From: Bacteroidota bacterium
GTDB taxonomy: Bacteria; Bacteroidota; Bacteroidia; Cytophagales; Spirosomataceae
Direction: 5' to 3'
Length of the DNA: 64,000 bases
NCBI GenBank assembly: GCA_039805345.1
Contig: JBDLUL010000014.1
Location: 3,401 to 67,400, forward strand
The notes beneath the pieces were generated by a model. That model was not told where the DNA came from, did no database searches, and worked only from the letters and a program-made list of their open reading frames with translations. Each line of letters starts with the position of its first letter. Within the stretch, counting starts at the first letter, position 1. Positions 30,033 to 40,174 of this stretch are shown here, piece after piece. Both the position numbers and the translations under genes were made by a program.

Positions 30033-30188
30033 GTGCCCAAGCCGCTGGAAGTGCTTCAATTTCTAGCTTACTAAAAGCAATAAAACAAAACCGCCAACAG
30101 ACCGAATTTAGTCATAAATAGGTCTAGTAAAATTAAGAAAAAGCAAATTCTTAGGCGGGAATATTATTGTGTTAAGTTTGGCTTGTAC
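30033..30188 (+). ncRNA. Candidate structured 5' leader RNA of nrdA
   Basis: Six to seven mutually compatible nested helices found by hand (see findings); begins at the predicted TSS. Confidence 0.5.
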
Positions 30189-30225
30189 CAGTTTGATTAT
30201 TCTAATTTATATTTTATAGAAACAC

Positions 30226-32679
30226 ATGTACGTAATTAAAAGAGACGGTCGTCGCGAATCTGTCAAGTTTGACAAAATCACAGCTCGCATAGAGAAGTTG
30301 TGCTACAGCTTGGATCCATTTTTTGTTCAACCTTTAGAGGTGGCAAGAAAGGTTATTTCAGGTTTATACGATGGGGTTAAGACGACTGAATTGGATAATT
30401 TAGCAGCGGAAACAGCGGCTTCTTTGACAACAAAGCACCCGGATTACGCAACATTAGCTGCACGTATTGCTATCTCAAACCTGCATAAAAACACGTTAAA
30501 GTCGTTTTCTGCGACGATGAAGCGTCTTTATACATACATTGATCCTAAGACGGGACAGAATGCAGCACTTCTCTCGAAAGAGGTTTTTGATATCATCAAG
30601 AAGAACGCTGTTGAATTAGATGAAGCAATTATCTATGACCGTGATTTCGGTTATGATTACTTCGGTTTCAAAACATTAGAGAAATCGTATTTATTGAAGT
30701 TGGATGGAGCTATCGCGGAACGCCCACAACACATGTTGATGCGTGTGGCTGTAGGTATCCATGGTACTGACATTGCAGCTGCAATTCATACGTACAATTT
30801 GTTGTCTGAGCGTTGGTTTACACACGCTACTCCAACCTTATTCAATGCAGGTACACCGAAGCCTCAAATGTCTTCTTGTTTCTTGCTTGCGATGCAGGAT
30901 GATTCGATCGAAGGTATCTATGATACGTTGAAGCAAACTGCGAAGATTTCGCAGTCGGCGGGAGGTATCGGATTAAGCATTCATAATGTTCGCGCAACAG
31001 GCTCATACATCAAAGGAACGAATGGTACATCGAATGGTATTATTCCTATGTTGCGTGTATTCAATGATACGGCACGTTACGTAGATCAAGGGGGAGGAAA
31101 GCGTAAAGGTTCTTTTGCGATTTATTTAGAGCCTTGGCATGCTGATGTGTTTGATTTCTTGGAATTGAAGAAAAACCACGGGAAAGAAGAAATGCGTGCG
31201 CGTGATTTATTCTACGCCTTGTGGATTCCAGATTTGTTCATGAAACGTGTGGAAAGCAATGAGGAATGGTCATTGTTCTGCCCACATGAGTGTCCAGGTC
31301 TTTCTGATGCCTACGGTGAGGAATTTGAGGCATTATACCACAAATATGAATTAGAAGGCAAAGCACGTGCAGTAGTTAAAGCACAAGAGCTTTGGTTTAA
31401 AGTATTAGAGTCGCAAACAGAAACGGGTACACCTTACATGTTGTACAAGGATCATGCGAACAACAAGTCAAACCAGAAGAATTTGGGTACAATTAAGTCG
31501 TCGAACTTGTGTACCGAAATCATGGAATATACATCAAAAGATGAGGTTGCTGTATGTAATCTAGCTTCATTGGCATTGCCTAAATATGTTCGTACGAACG
31601 AGCAAGGTGTGTCTGAGTTTGATCACGCGAAGTTGTACGAAGTAACAAAGGCTGCAACGATCAACTTGAACAAGATTATTGATGTTAACTACTATCCAGT
31701 ACCTGAAGCACGTAATTCAAACTTGCGTCACCGTCCAATCGGTCTGGGAGTTCAAGGGTTAGCTGACGTGTTCATCATGTTGCGTATGCCATTTGAGTCT
31801 GCAGAAGCACAACAATTGAACAAAGATATCTTCGAAACAATCTATTTCGCTGCCATGGAAGCATCCATGGAATTAGCGAAAGTAGAAGGTCCTTACTCGA
31901 CCTGGGAAGGTTCGCCTATCTCGAAAGGTATTTTCCAATTTGATATGTGGAATGTAACACCATCTTCAGGTAACTGGGATTGGGATAAATTACGCCAACA
32001 AGTTGTTGAGCACGGTGTGCGTAACTCATTGTTAGTAGCACCAATGCCAACGGCTTCTACGAGTCAAATCTTGGGTAACAACGAATGTTTCGAACCTTAT
32101 ACTTCAAACATCTATGCACGCCGTGTATTGTCAGGTGAGTTTGCGGTTGTTAATAAGCACTTGTTGAAAGATTTGATCAAGTTGAACTTGTGGAATGAAA
32201 CGATGAAGAACAAGTTGATCTCAGCGAATGGATCCGTTCAAAACATCCCAGAAATTCCTCAAAACCTAAAAGAGCTTTACAAAACCGTTTGGGAGATTAA
32301 GCAAAAAACAATCTTGGAGATGGCTGCAGATCGTGGCGCGTACATCTGCCAGTCACAAAGCTTAAATATCCACATTCAGGATGTAAACTTTGGTAAATTG
32401 ACATCAATGCACTTCCATGCTTGGAAGTTAGGTTTGAAAACAGGTATGTACTACTTGCGTACAAAAGCCGCTGCTGATGCGATTAAATTTACGATTGAGA
32501 AACAAGCTGACGTGGCTATTGAGCAATCGAATGATGTACACGAGACAGAATTGCAATATGCTGCACATGCAGCCCAAGCAGCTGCCGCAGCTTCATTCCA
32601 AACGGAAGACGCTCAAAACCGCGCTGATATGTCATGCTCGTTGGATAATCCAGAGGCATGCGAGGCTTGTGGTTCATAA
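30226..32679 (+). CDS. nrdA: Class I ribonucleotide reductase alpha subunit with ATP cone
   Basis: VIKRDG ATP cone, QMSSCFL, SNLCTEI, GMYYLR, C-terminal CEACGS. Confidence 0.98.
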   Translation: MYVIKRDGRRESVKFDKITARIEKLCYSLDPFFVQPLEVARKVISGLYDGVKTTELDNLAAETAASLTTKHPDYATLAARIAISNLHKNTLKSFSATMKRLYTYIDPKTGQNAALLSKEVFDIIKKNAVELDEAIIYDRDFGYDYFGFKTLEKSYLLKLDGAIAERPQHMLMRVAVGIHGTDIAAAIHTYNLLSERWFTHATPTLFNAGTPKPQMSSCFLLAMQDDSIEGIYDTLKQTAKISQSAGGIGLSIHNVRATGSYIKGTNGTSNGIIPMLRVFNDTARYVDQGGGKRKGSFAIYLEPWHADVFDFLELKKNHGKEEMRARDLFYALWIPDLFMKRVESNEEWSLFCPHECPGLSDAYGEEFEALYHKYELEGKARAVVKAQELWFKVLESQTETGTPYMLYKDHANNKSNQKNLGTIKSSNLCTEIMEYTSKDEVAVCNLASLALPKYVRTNEQGVSEFDHAKLYEVTKAATINLNKIIDVNYYPVPEARNSNLRHRPIGLGVQGLADVFIMLRMPFESAEAQQLNKDIFETIYFAAMEASMELAKVEGPYSTWEGSPISKGIFQFDMWNVTPSSGNWDWDKLRQQVVEHGVRNSLLVAPMPTASTSQILGNNECFEPYTSNIYARRVLSGEFAVVNKHLLKDLIKLNLWNETMKNKLISANGSVQNIPEIPQNLKELYKTVWEIKQKTILEMAADRGAYICQSQSLNIHIQDVNFGKLTSMHFHAWKLGLKTGMYYLRTKAAADAIKFTIEKQADVAIEQSNDVHETELQYAAHAAQAAAAASFQTEDAQNRADMSCSLDNPEACEACGS

Positions 32680-32701
32680 TTATGAGATAAATTAACTTGT
32701 T

Positions 32702-32733
32702 AAAATCACCTAGTCGCAAGATTAGGTGATTTT
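32702..32733 (+). terminator. Terminator hairpin after nrdA
   Basis: AAAATCACCTAGTC-GCAA-GATTAGGTGATTTT, with a GNRA loop. Confidence 0.8.
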
Positions 32734-32749
32734 CATATTTTAGGCTACT

Positions 32750-34345
32750 ATGCAAATAAAGAAGGAACTGTATTTTTTCGTATTTCTCGGACTAATTCTA
32801 TTGGCTCTTTTTTTGCGCGTGTATCACCTTGGGCAATTTAGCCTATTTTCAGATGAACGATCAAGTGTCCTACTAGGCGTTGCCAATACCAACCAAGGCG
32901 GCATGGGCGAATTGATGCGCCCTGACAAAACATTTACACCAGCTGACTTTTGGGCACCCAGAGGGATACAATCTTGGTTGGATGCTGATGCCCGTGGCGA
33001 TGTCAGTGGGAATAGCCTTGTGCATGACATGATGCTCAAGCTATTTGCCTGGTTATTTGGGAAAGGGGATGCTTCCATGCGAAGTGTTTCGGTCATGTTC
33101 AACATGTTGACAATCTGGGTCATGTTTCGCTGGGCTAGGCAATTCTCGAAATCAAACCTATGGACCTTAGCGATTGTCTTGTTTGCTGCCATCGAACCTT
33201 TCTTTGTCATCTACAGTCAACAAGCGCGTAATTATGCAACAAGTTTGTTTTTTACAACGGCATCGAATTACCTTTTTTGGTTATTAGTTATCAAGCGAGA
33301 AGGTGAATTGAATGGGAATAAAAAATACCTGATTTTATGGGTGATCACATCAATTGGCGCTCTATTTAGCACTTATTTGACCGTGTTGGCACTTGTGGGG
33401 CAGTTTACCTATATGACACTTTTTGTTCGCAATAAGTCCATTTGGCTTCGCATGAGTACACGTTTAGGGTTGATTTTTGTGCCGTTTGTCGCATGGTTTA
33501 TTTGGGGCCCCGCGCGTTATTTCATGGGGTTTCAGGCAAATGCAGCAGAACAATTAATTAGCTATATCAGGAAAAATGGAGAAATTCCTGGCTGGCTTGA
33601 ATTCGCCACACCTTCAAACCTCTTCAAGCGTACGATTTCAATTGTGTCAGATCACTTTTTCTGGACGAACGATTTGTATGTTAAACATGGTTTTAAAATT
33701 GGAACTGTCCTATTGATTGGATTTCTATTTTTGGTTTACCAGTGGGTAAAATCATTGGATCGTGCGAGTCGGGGCATTTATGTTTTAGGGGTAATTCAAA
33801 TTTCGCTTCCGGTTGTATTCCTGTTTGCGGCAGCTGTGAATGCAGGTACGACATCTGGATTTTTTCTTCGCTACGCTTGTTTTGGGTTGCCTTTTGGGAT
33901 TTTTCTTTCTGTTGGCCTTTTTGATTATCTGCTGAAGCAAGCCATTTGGTATCGGATATTTGCTTTTGTCTATTTGTTAGCCCAGACTTATCAATTGGTC
34001 GAATTATTTGTGCCTTTGTACGCTGACCAACATCAGAAATATACCTTTTCTGTCAATCGGGGTCCTAATCCTTACCCGCTTATCGCTTCATCGATTCAAG
34101 CAAAATATCAAAAAGGAGATACTGTAGTTTATCCATCTTCCAAAGCGAATATTTTGGATTCGAAATACTTACGTAATCTGGTTATTGATCCCTTGGATGC
34201 ACAGAATGTAAATCTATATTTGAGTGAAACAGATTCATTTATTCAACGCGTAGATCCTTATATGCAAGATTCGGTTTTGATTAAAAAAAGCAACGGTAAG
34301 GTTCTCGTTATTTTTGATTTCAAAAAAGGGAAATTTAGATACTAA
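32750..34345 (+). CDS. GT39/PMT/ArnT-like (GT-C) polytopic membrane glycosyltransferase
   Basis: LRVYHLG..SLFSDE after TM1, RSVSV, YSQQARNYA, many TM segments. Confidence 0.75.
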   Translation: MQIKKELYFFVFLGLILLALFLRVYHLGQFSLFSDERSSVLLGVANTNQGGMGELMRPDKTFTPADFWAPRGIQSWLDADARGDVSGNSLVHDMMLKLFAWLFGKGDASMRSVSVMFNMLTIWVMFRWARQFSKSNLWTLAIVLFAAIEPFFVIYSQQARNYATSLFFTTASNYLFWLLVIKREGELNGNKKYLILWVITSIGALFSTYLTVLALVGQFTYMTLFVRNKSIWLRMSTRLGLIFVPFVAWFIWGPARYFMGFQANAAEQLISYIRKNGEIPGWLEFATPSNLFKRTISIVSDHFFWTNDLYVKHGFKIGTVLLIGFLFLVYQWVKSLDRASRGIYVLGVIQISLPVVFLFAAAVNAGTTSGFFLRYACFGLPFGIFLSVGLFDYLLKQAIWYRIFAFVYLLAQTYQLVELFVPLYADQHQKYTFSVNRGPNPYPLIASSIQAKYQKGDTVVYPSSKANILDSKYLRNLVIDPLDAQNVNLYLSETDSFIQRVDPYMQDSVLIKKSNGKVLVIFDFKKGKFRY

Positions 34346-34971
34346 TGAAATTAAATCGAATTCTTGTCGCCTACGGTATTGTTTCAATTCTTGAATTGCT
34401 TTCGGGTCATTCACCTATTCGTTATGTAACTAAGCCATTGTTGATGATTTTATTAGGTGTTTATGTATATGCTTTTGGCTTAAAACCTGCAGTACGTAAT
34501 GCCTTGTTATTCACCCTACTTTTTGCTTGGTTAGGCGATGTTTTTCTATTGATTCCAGGTAATTCTGCGCTATATTTTCAACTAGGCTTAGGATCTTTCT
34601 TGGTTATGCAACTAGCATACATTCGGTTATTTATTAAGTTAGGCGCGACAAGATTGACCTATTTTTTAATTCCAGTCCTTGTTTATGTCTTCGGGTTTTT
34701 GGGTTTTTTATATCCCAATCTTCCGGGTCCTCTGGTACCCCCTGTGCTTGTTTATGCACTAGCGCTTGGATCTATGTTGTATTTTGCCTTCCAGATTTCA
34801 AGTGCGCAACTCCGTTGGGGTGCATTTTTGTTTGTGGTTTCGGATAGCCTATTAGCTTTTGGTAAGTTTTATTTTGAATATCCTTGGAATTCTTTTGCTG
34901 TCATGTCGACTTATATCCTAGCTCAATTGCTACTAATCCATGCTTTGTGTAAATTGCAAGCTCAGCGATAA
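34345..34971 (+). CDS. YhhN/TMEM86 lysoplasmalogenase family membrane protein
   Basis: TKPLLM, WLGDVFLL, GLGSFL, GAFLFVVSDSLLA, VMSTYILAQ. Confidence 0.88.
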   Translation: MKLNRILVAYGIVSILELLSGHSPIRYVTKPLLMILLGVYVYAFGLKPAVRNALLFTLLFAWLGDVFLLIPGNSALYFQLGLGSFLVMQLAYIRLFIKLGATRLTYFLIPVLVYVFGFLGFLYPNLPGPLVPPVLVYALALGSMLYFAFQISSAQLRWGAFLFVVSDSLLAFGKFYFEYPWNSFAVMSTYILAQLLLIHALCKLQAQR

Positions 34972-34981
34972 TCACACGTAC

Positions 34982-37891
34982 ATGGATGCTCAAGTTCTTA
35001 ATCAATTAGCAAGTCAATTACAAGGTGCTTTGCACACGGATAATGTGATGCGAACCTTGTACGCTACAGATGCTTCTGCCTACCGGGAGATGCCGCTAGG
35101 GGTTGCAATTCCTGAAACCATTCAGGATATTGAAACGTTGATTCAATTTGCTGACCAACATCAAATTCCATTAATTCCTCGAACAGCTGGAACTTCATTA
35201 GCTGGTCAGGTTGTGGGGAGTGGATTGGTTGTCGATGTGTCGAAGCATTTTAATCGGATTTTGGAGGTCAATGCTGCTGAATCCTATGCTTGGGTAGAAC
35301 CCGGTGTTGTGCGTGATGTGCTGAATGTGGAATTGAAAAAACATGGTTTATTCTTTGGCCCTGAAACATCTACCGCAAATCGTGCGATGATTGGAGGGAT
35401 GCTTGGGAATAATTCTTGTGGGTCTAATTCAGTCATTTATGGCTCTACTCGGGATCATATTTTAGAAGTGGAAGGATATTTGTCTGATGGTACTTTTGTG
35501 CAATTTAAGGCTGAAGATCCACATCAAACTGTACAAAAATTGCAACCTGGCTCTCGCTTGCATACGATATATGCACAAACCTTGGCGGCACTTTCGAATC
35601 CACGGAACCAAAAGAATATTCAAGATGAGTTTCCTAAGCCTAGCATTAAGCGTAGAAATACGGGCTATGCCGTGGACATGTTATTGAATTCAGATGCCTT
35701 TCTTGCTGACAAGCCGGCCTTTAATTTTTGTGCACTCTTAGCGGGTTCTGAAGGAACTTTGTGTTTTGTGACACGCATCAAATTGCATGTAGATCCATTG
35801 CCACCTACCCATTTAGGATTGGTTTGTGCGCACTTTAATACGATCGATGAGGCCTTACGTGCCAATTTGATTGCTTTGCGTTTTAATCCCTCAGCTTCTG
35901 AGTTGATGGATCATTATATTTTGGAATGTACCAAAGCGAATGCGGAACAGAGTCTGAACCGTTTCTTCGTGGATGGTGATCCCGGGGCTATTTTGGTTGT
36001 GGAGCTACGCTCCGACAACGCGGATGATTTAGCGAAACAAGCAAAAGCTGTCGAGGAAGCGATGTTGGCCGAAAACCTTGGCTATCATTTTCCTTTCGTT
36101 ACGGGCGGGGATGTGAAGAAGGTTTGGGATTTGCGAAAAGCGGGTTTAGGCCTTTTATCAAATCTTCCAGGTGATGAAAAGGCGGTTGCGGTGATCGAAG
36201 ATACGGCGGTTGACGTTAATGATTTACCTGCATTTATTGCGGAGTTTAACGAGATTCTTACAGCGAATAATTTGTATTGCGTGCACTATGCACATGCGGG
36301 TTCAGGTGAGTTGCACCTTCGCCCAATTATCAATTTGAAGACGGCAGAAGGCCACAAACAATTCCGACATATTGCGGAAGCGATTGCGGAATTGGTCAAG
36401 AAATACCAAGGTTCCTTGTCAGGAGAGCACGGAGATGGCCGTTTGCGGGGTGAATTTATCCCATGGATGGTAGGAGAGGCAAATTATCAATTAATGCGTG
36501 AATTGAAGTCTTGGTGGGACCCGAAGGGTATATTTAATCCCAATAAGATTGTCGATACGCCACCGATGGATACGTTTTTGCGGTATGAAGCCGGCCAACA
36601 AACACCTGAGTTCAAAACGGCATTCCGTTATCAAGATCAAGATGTTTTGCAACATGCCGAGCAATGTAATGGTTCAGGGGATTGTCGGAAGACTCCCGTT
36701 TCAGGAGGAACGATGTGTCCGTCATTTATGGCGACGCGTAATGAAAAGGAAACCACGCGCGCACGCGCAAATATCCTTCGGGAATTTTTAACACGTTCAA
36801 CGAAACCAAACCGCTTTGATCACAAGGAGATTAAGGAAGTGATGGATTTATGTTTGGCTTGTAAAGGCTGTAAGGCGGAATGTCCATCGAACGTCGATGT
36901 GGCAAAATTGAAGATGGAATTCTTGTACCAATACCAAAAGGAAAATGGAACTCCCTTGCGTAGTCGGATGGTTGGGCATTTTGCGTCGATTTCTGCGCTG
37001 GCTTCACGCGTTCCCTTGCTCTATAATTTGATTATGGGTACACCTTTTCTGCGTCGCATATCCAACAAGATAGTAGGTTTCCATCCGGATCGTACGATGC
37101 CATTGATGGCGAAGCAAACCTTAGGTTCTTGGTTGAAAAGGCGTAAAACTATTCAATCGGCTAAATCCATTTATCTGTTTGTGGATGAGTTTACGAATTA
37201 CAACGATGCCGAAGTAGGTCGAAAGGCTGTATTGTTGTTAGAAGCTTTGGGCTATGAGGTACGAACCTTACAGCACCCTATTTCGGGGCGCTCATTTTTA
37301 TCCAAAGGGATGTTGGATGAGGCGCGTAATTTGGCACAAAAGAATGTGGAATTGTGGTCAGGTTTGGTAACTGCTGAAATTCCTTTAGTCGGCATTGAGC
37401 CATCTGCTATTTTAACTTTCCGGGATGAATATCCGGATTTGGTGTCCGATGCGTGGGTAGAAAAAGCGAAGGCATTGAGTAAAAATGTGTTGTTGCTAGA
37501 GGAGTTTATTGCACGTGAGGCTGATGCTAAACGAATTAACAGCAAGGCTTTTCAGGCGGAAAAGAAATTATTGAAGTTGCATGGGCATTGCCAACAAAAA
37601 TCCATGAGTTCTTTGGTGGCGGCTAAGAAGGCATTATCATTGCCGGCAAATTTTGAGGTGCAATTGATTCCATCGGGATGTTGTGGGATGGCAGGGTCCT
37701 TCGGATATGAGAAGGAGCATTATGATTTGTCGATGCAGATTGGGGAATTGGTGTTATTCCCTACGGTACGTGCGCAACCTGCCGAAGTTGAAATTATTGC
37801 CTCTGGAACGAGTTGTCGACATCAAATTCACGACGGTACGCAACGCCACGCGAAGCATACCGCCGAGGTATTATTTGAGGCTTTGGCTTAG
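34982..37891 (+). CDS. FAD-linked oxidoreductase with 4Fe-4S and CCG domains (YdiJ/GlcDF-like; start set at MDAQ)
   Basis: PRTAGTSLAGQ, HAGSGELH, SGEHGDG, CNGSGDC, CLACKGCKAEC, CCGMAGSFG. Confidence 0.9.
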   Translation: MDAQVLNQLASQLQGALHTDNVMRTLYATDASAYREMPLGVAIPETIQDIETLIQFADQHQIPLIPRTAGTSLAGQVVGSGLVVDVSKHFNRILEVNAAESYAWVEPGVVRDVLNVELKKHGLFFGPETSTANRAMIGGMLGNNSCGSNSVIYGSTRDHILEVEGYLSDGTFVQFKAEDPHQTVQKLQPGSRLHTIYAQTLAALSNPRNQKNIQDEFPKPSIKRRNTGYAVDMLLNSDAFLADKPAFNFCALLAGSEGTLCFVTRIKLHVDPLPPTHLGLVCAHFNTIDEALRANLIALRFNPSASELMDHYILECTKANAEQSLNRFFVDGDPGAILVVELRSDNADDLAKQAKAVEEAMLAENLGYHFPFVTGGDVKKVWDLRKAGLGLLSNLPGDEKAVAVIEDTAVDVNDLPAFIAEFNEILTANNLYCVHYAHAGSGELHLRPIINLKTAEGHKQFRHIAEAIAELVKKYQGSLSGEHGDGRLRGEFIPWMVGEANYQLMRELKSWWDPKGIFNPNKIVDTPPMDTFLRYEAGQQTPEFKTAFRYQDQDVLQHAEQCNGSGDCRKTPVSGGTMCPSFMATRNEKETTRARANILREFLTRSTKPNRFDHKEIKEVMDLCLACKGCKAECPSNVDVAKLKMEFLYQYQKENGTPLRSRMVGHFASISALASRVPLLYNLIMGTPFLRRISNKIVGFHPDRTMPLMAKQTLGSWLKRRKTIQSAKSIYLFVDEFTNYNDAEVGRKAVLLLEALGYEVRTLQHPISGRSFLSKGMLDEARNLAQKNVELWSGLVTAEIPLVGIEPSAILTFRDEYPDLVSDAWVEKAKALSKNVLLLEEFIAREADAKRINSKAFQAEKKLLKLHGHCQQKSMSSLVAAKKALSLPANFEVQLIPSGCCGMAGSFGYEKEHYDLSMQIGELVLFPTVRAQPAEVEIIASGTSCRHQIHDGTQRHAKHTAEVLFEALA

Positions 37892-39789
37892 AATTTCCAA
37901 CGAACAAAGGCTTCCATGGCCTCATATTCAGCTAAACCGAGTGCATTGTAAATTTGAGCAGTGCCTCGGTTTCGTTCTTCAGCACGTTGCCAGAATTCAC
38001 GTGAATCTTCCCCTTGGAAAACGACACCATCTTTTTGTGATTGGTGTTTAAAGATACCCATTCGTTTTTTGAATACTTGATCTGGGGACATCGGAACGGC
38101 CATTTCAATTTGGTCGATATCCCACTCGGCCCAAGCTCCTTTGTAAAGCCAAACCCAACAATTCTTCATGTACTCTCGGTGTTTTAACCGTTGGATCGCT
38201 TCAAATATGGCATCCAAACAAACCTTGTGCGTTCCATGCGGGTCAGCTAGGTCACCAGCCGCATAAATTTGATGTGGTTGGATTTCTTCGATGATGTCCA
38301 TGATCAATTGGATGTCCGCTTCGCCTATCGGTTTTTTACGTATAGTCCCTGTTTCGTAAAAGGGCATGTGTAAGAAGTGGGCGTTCTCTTTTTTGATGCC
38401 GACGAAGCGACAAGTATTTTTGGCTTCGCCTTGCCGAATGAGTCCTTTGATTTCGCGAACCGCGGGGATATCCAATTCTGAGTCTTTCTTGTTTTTTAAG
38501 AATTTGACAGCTTCTTTGTAGATTTTGTTTGCCTTTGCGTTTGAACTTTCAAATTTTTCATTGAAATCGACCACGAATTCGGCAAATCGAAGTGCTTCAT
38601 CATCAGCTACTGCAATGTTTCCCGATGTTTGGTAAACAACATGCACATCATGTCCTTGATCATGTAATCGTTGGAATGTACCGCCCATCGAGATGATGTC
38701 GTCATCCGGATGGGGACTAAAAATAATAACCTTTTTCTTGGCAGGAAATGCGCGTTCCGGTCTATGGGTATCGTCGGCATTCGGTTTTCCCCCTGGCCAA
38801 CCCGTGATGGAGTGTTGTAGGTAGTTGAATACTTCGATATTGATATCGTAGGCCTGTCCATAGAGGGATAGCAAGTCTGACATCCCGTGTTCATTGTAAT
38901 CTTTGCTGGTTAGTTTTAATACGGGCTTTCCTAAATGTAGGGAAAGGTGTGTGACAGCCTTTTTGATCATGTTTCGATCCCAGGTAACTGAGTCGACCAA
39001 CCAAGGTGTTTTGATGCGGGTTAGTAACGAGGCAGCAGTTTCATCCAGAATAAAAAGCGTATTCGGGTGTTGTTGTAAATAAGTCGCAGGAATATCAGAT
39101 GTGATTGGCCCCTCCACGGCTTTGGCTACACTTTGTGCTTTGTGTTCGCCCCAAGCAAGTAAAACAATGCGTTTGGCTTGCATGATCTTGTCAATACCTA
39201 AGGTGATAGCGCGTTTAGGTACTTTTTCTAATCCTCCAAAGTCAATGGCTGCATCGATTTTCGTTGTGATGTCAAGTGTCATCAAACGCGTTTTCGAATT
39301 GATAACAGACCCCGGCTCATTGAATCCGATGTGTCCATTACGTCCAATTCCAAGTAGGTAAAAATCAAAACCACCTAGTTTTTCTATTTTAGCTTCATAG
39401 TCGCGACAGAATTCAGGTATCTTTTCGATGGTTAATGTTCCATCAGGAATATGGTAATTTGTTACCGGTATGTCAATATGATCAAACAATTGTTCGCGCA
39501 TAAATCGCACATAACTTTGGATGGAATCGGGTTCCATGGGGTGATATTCATCCAAGTTGAAGGTAATCACATTTTTGAAGCTCAAGCCTTCTTCCTTGTG
39601 CATTCGAATCAGTTCTTGGTATACCTTTTTGGGTGAAGACCCTGTTGCTAGGCCCAAAACAGTAGGTTTTCCTTCCTTGTTTTTTTCTCGGATGAGTGCT
39701 GCTATTTCGTGTGCAACGGCTTTTGATGCATGCTCAGATTCATCAAATATTCGAGTAGGGATACGTTCAAAACTGATGGCTTGTTCCAT
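37888..39789 (-). CDS. nagB: Glucosamine-6-phosphate deaminase with C-terminal PIG-L-like domain
   Basis: LGLATGSSP, FNLDEY, GHIGFNEPG; C-terminal SPHPDDD and DPHGTH. Confidence 0.95.
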   Translation of the reverse strand: MEQAISFERIPTRIFDESEHASKAVAHEIAALIREKNKEGKPTVLGLATGSSPKKVYQELIRMHKEEGLSFKNVITFNLDEYHPMEPDSIQSYVRFMREQLFDHIDIPVTNYHIPDGTLTIEKIPEFCRDYEAKIEKLGGFDFYLLGIGRNGHIGFNEPGSVINSKTRLMTLDITTKIDAAIDFGGLEKVPKRAITLGIDKIMQAKRIVLLAWGEHKAQSVAKAVEGPITSDIPATYLQQHPNTLFILDETAASLLTRIKTPWLVDSVTWDRNMIKKAVTHLSLHLGKPVLKLTSKDYNEHGMSDLLSLYGQAYDINIEVFNYLQHSITGWPGGKPNADDTHRPERAFPAKKKVIIFSPHPDDDIISMGGTFQRLHDQGHDVHVVYQTSGNIAVADDEALRFAEFVVDFNEKFESSNAKANKIYKEAVKFLKNKKDSELDIPAVREIKGLIRQGEAKNTCRFVGIKKENAHFLHMPFYETGTIRKKPIGEADIQLIMDIIEEIQPHQIYAAGDLADPHGTHKVCLDAIFEAIQRLKHREYMKNCWVWLYKGAWAEWDIDQIEMAVPMSPDQVFKKRMGIFKHQSQKDGVVFQGEDSREFWQRAEERNRGTAQIYNALGLAEYEAMEAFVRWKF

Positions 39790-39800
39790 AATGAGTTAAT

Positions 39801-40010
39801 TTAGAGGGATTTGGCTGAAACGACAATGAAGTCTAGTTCGAGTATTTCAAATAAGCGTAAAATTGTTTTTATGGCTGGATTGCCTTTGCCTAATTCAATG
39901 GAATGAATGGTTTTTACCGCAACACCGCTTTGAAGACTTAGATCTTCCTGTTTTAAGCGCAGGGCATTTCTTTTTTCGCGAATGATCTGTCCAAATATTG
40001 TTAAATCCAT
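39801..40010 (-). CDS. XRE-family HTH protein (HipB/y4mF-like)
   Basis: IREKRNALRLKQEDLS...IHSIELGKGNP HTH_3 pattern; TATATTTG element at 40037-40030. Confidence 0.85.
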   Translation of the reverse strand: MDLTIFGQIIREKRNALRLKQEDLSLQSGVAVKTIHSIELGKGNPAIKTILRLFEILELDFIVVSAKSL

Positions 40011-40174
40011 TTGTGTGCTTCGTGTTAGGCAAATATATAGAAAGTATTTGTTTTATTTACATTTCGGCAATATGTTACCATTTGTTCGAATTTATTGAGA
40101 ATGTTGATATTATGATGAGTGGTAAAACTTTTAAGCTTCAATCGGAGTTATATTTGTGTTTTGATTCGATCTAT

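Noticed and set aside
30033-30188. nrdA leader as a cobalamin riboswitch, 6S RNA or SRP RNA; also a 13-codon GTG uORF (30033-30074)
   Set aside because: No B12-box or SRP helix-8 motif, a branched rather than rod-like fold, and no terminator of its own. The uORF is short enough to be chance.
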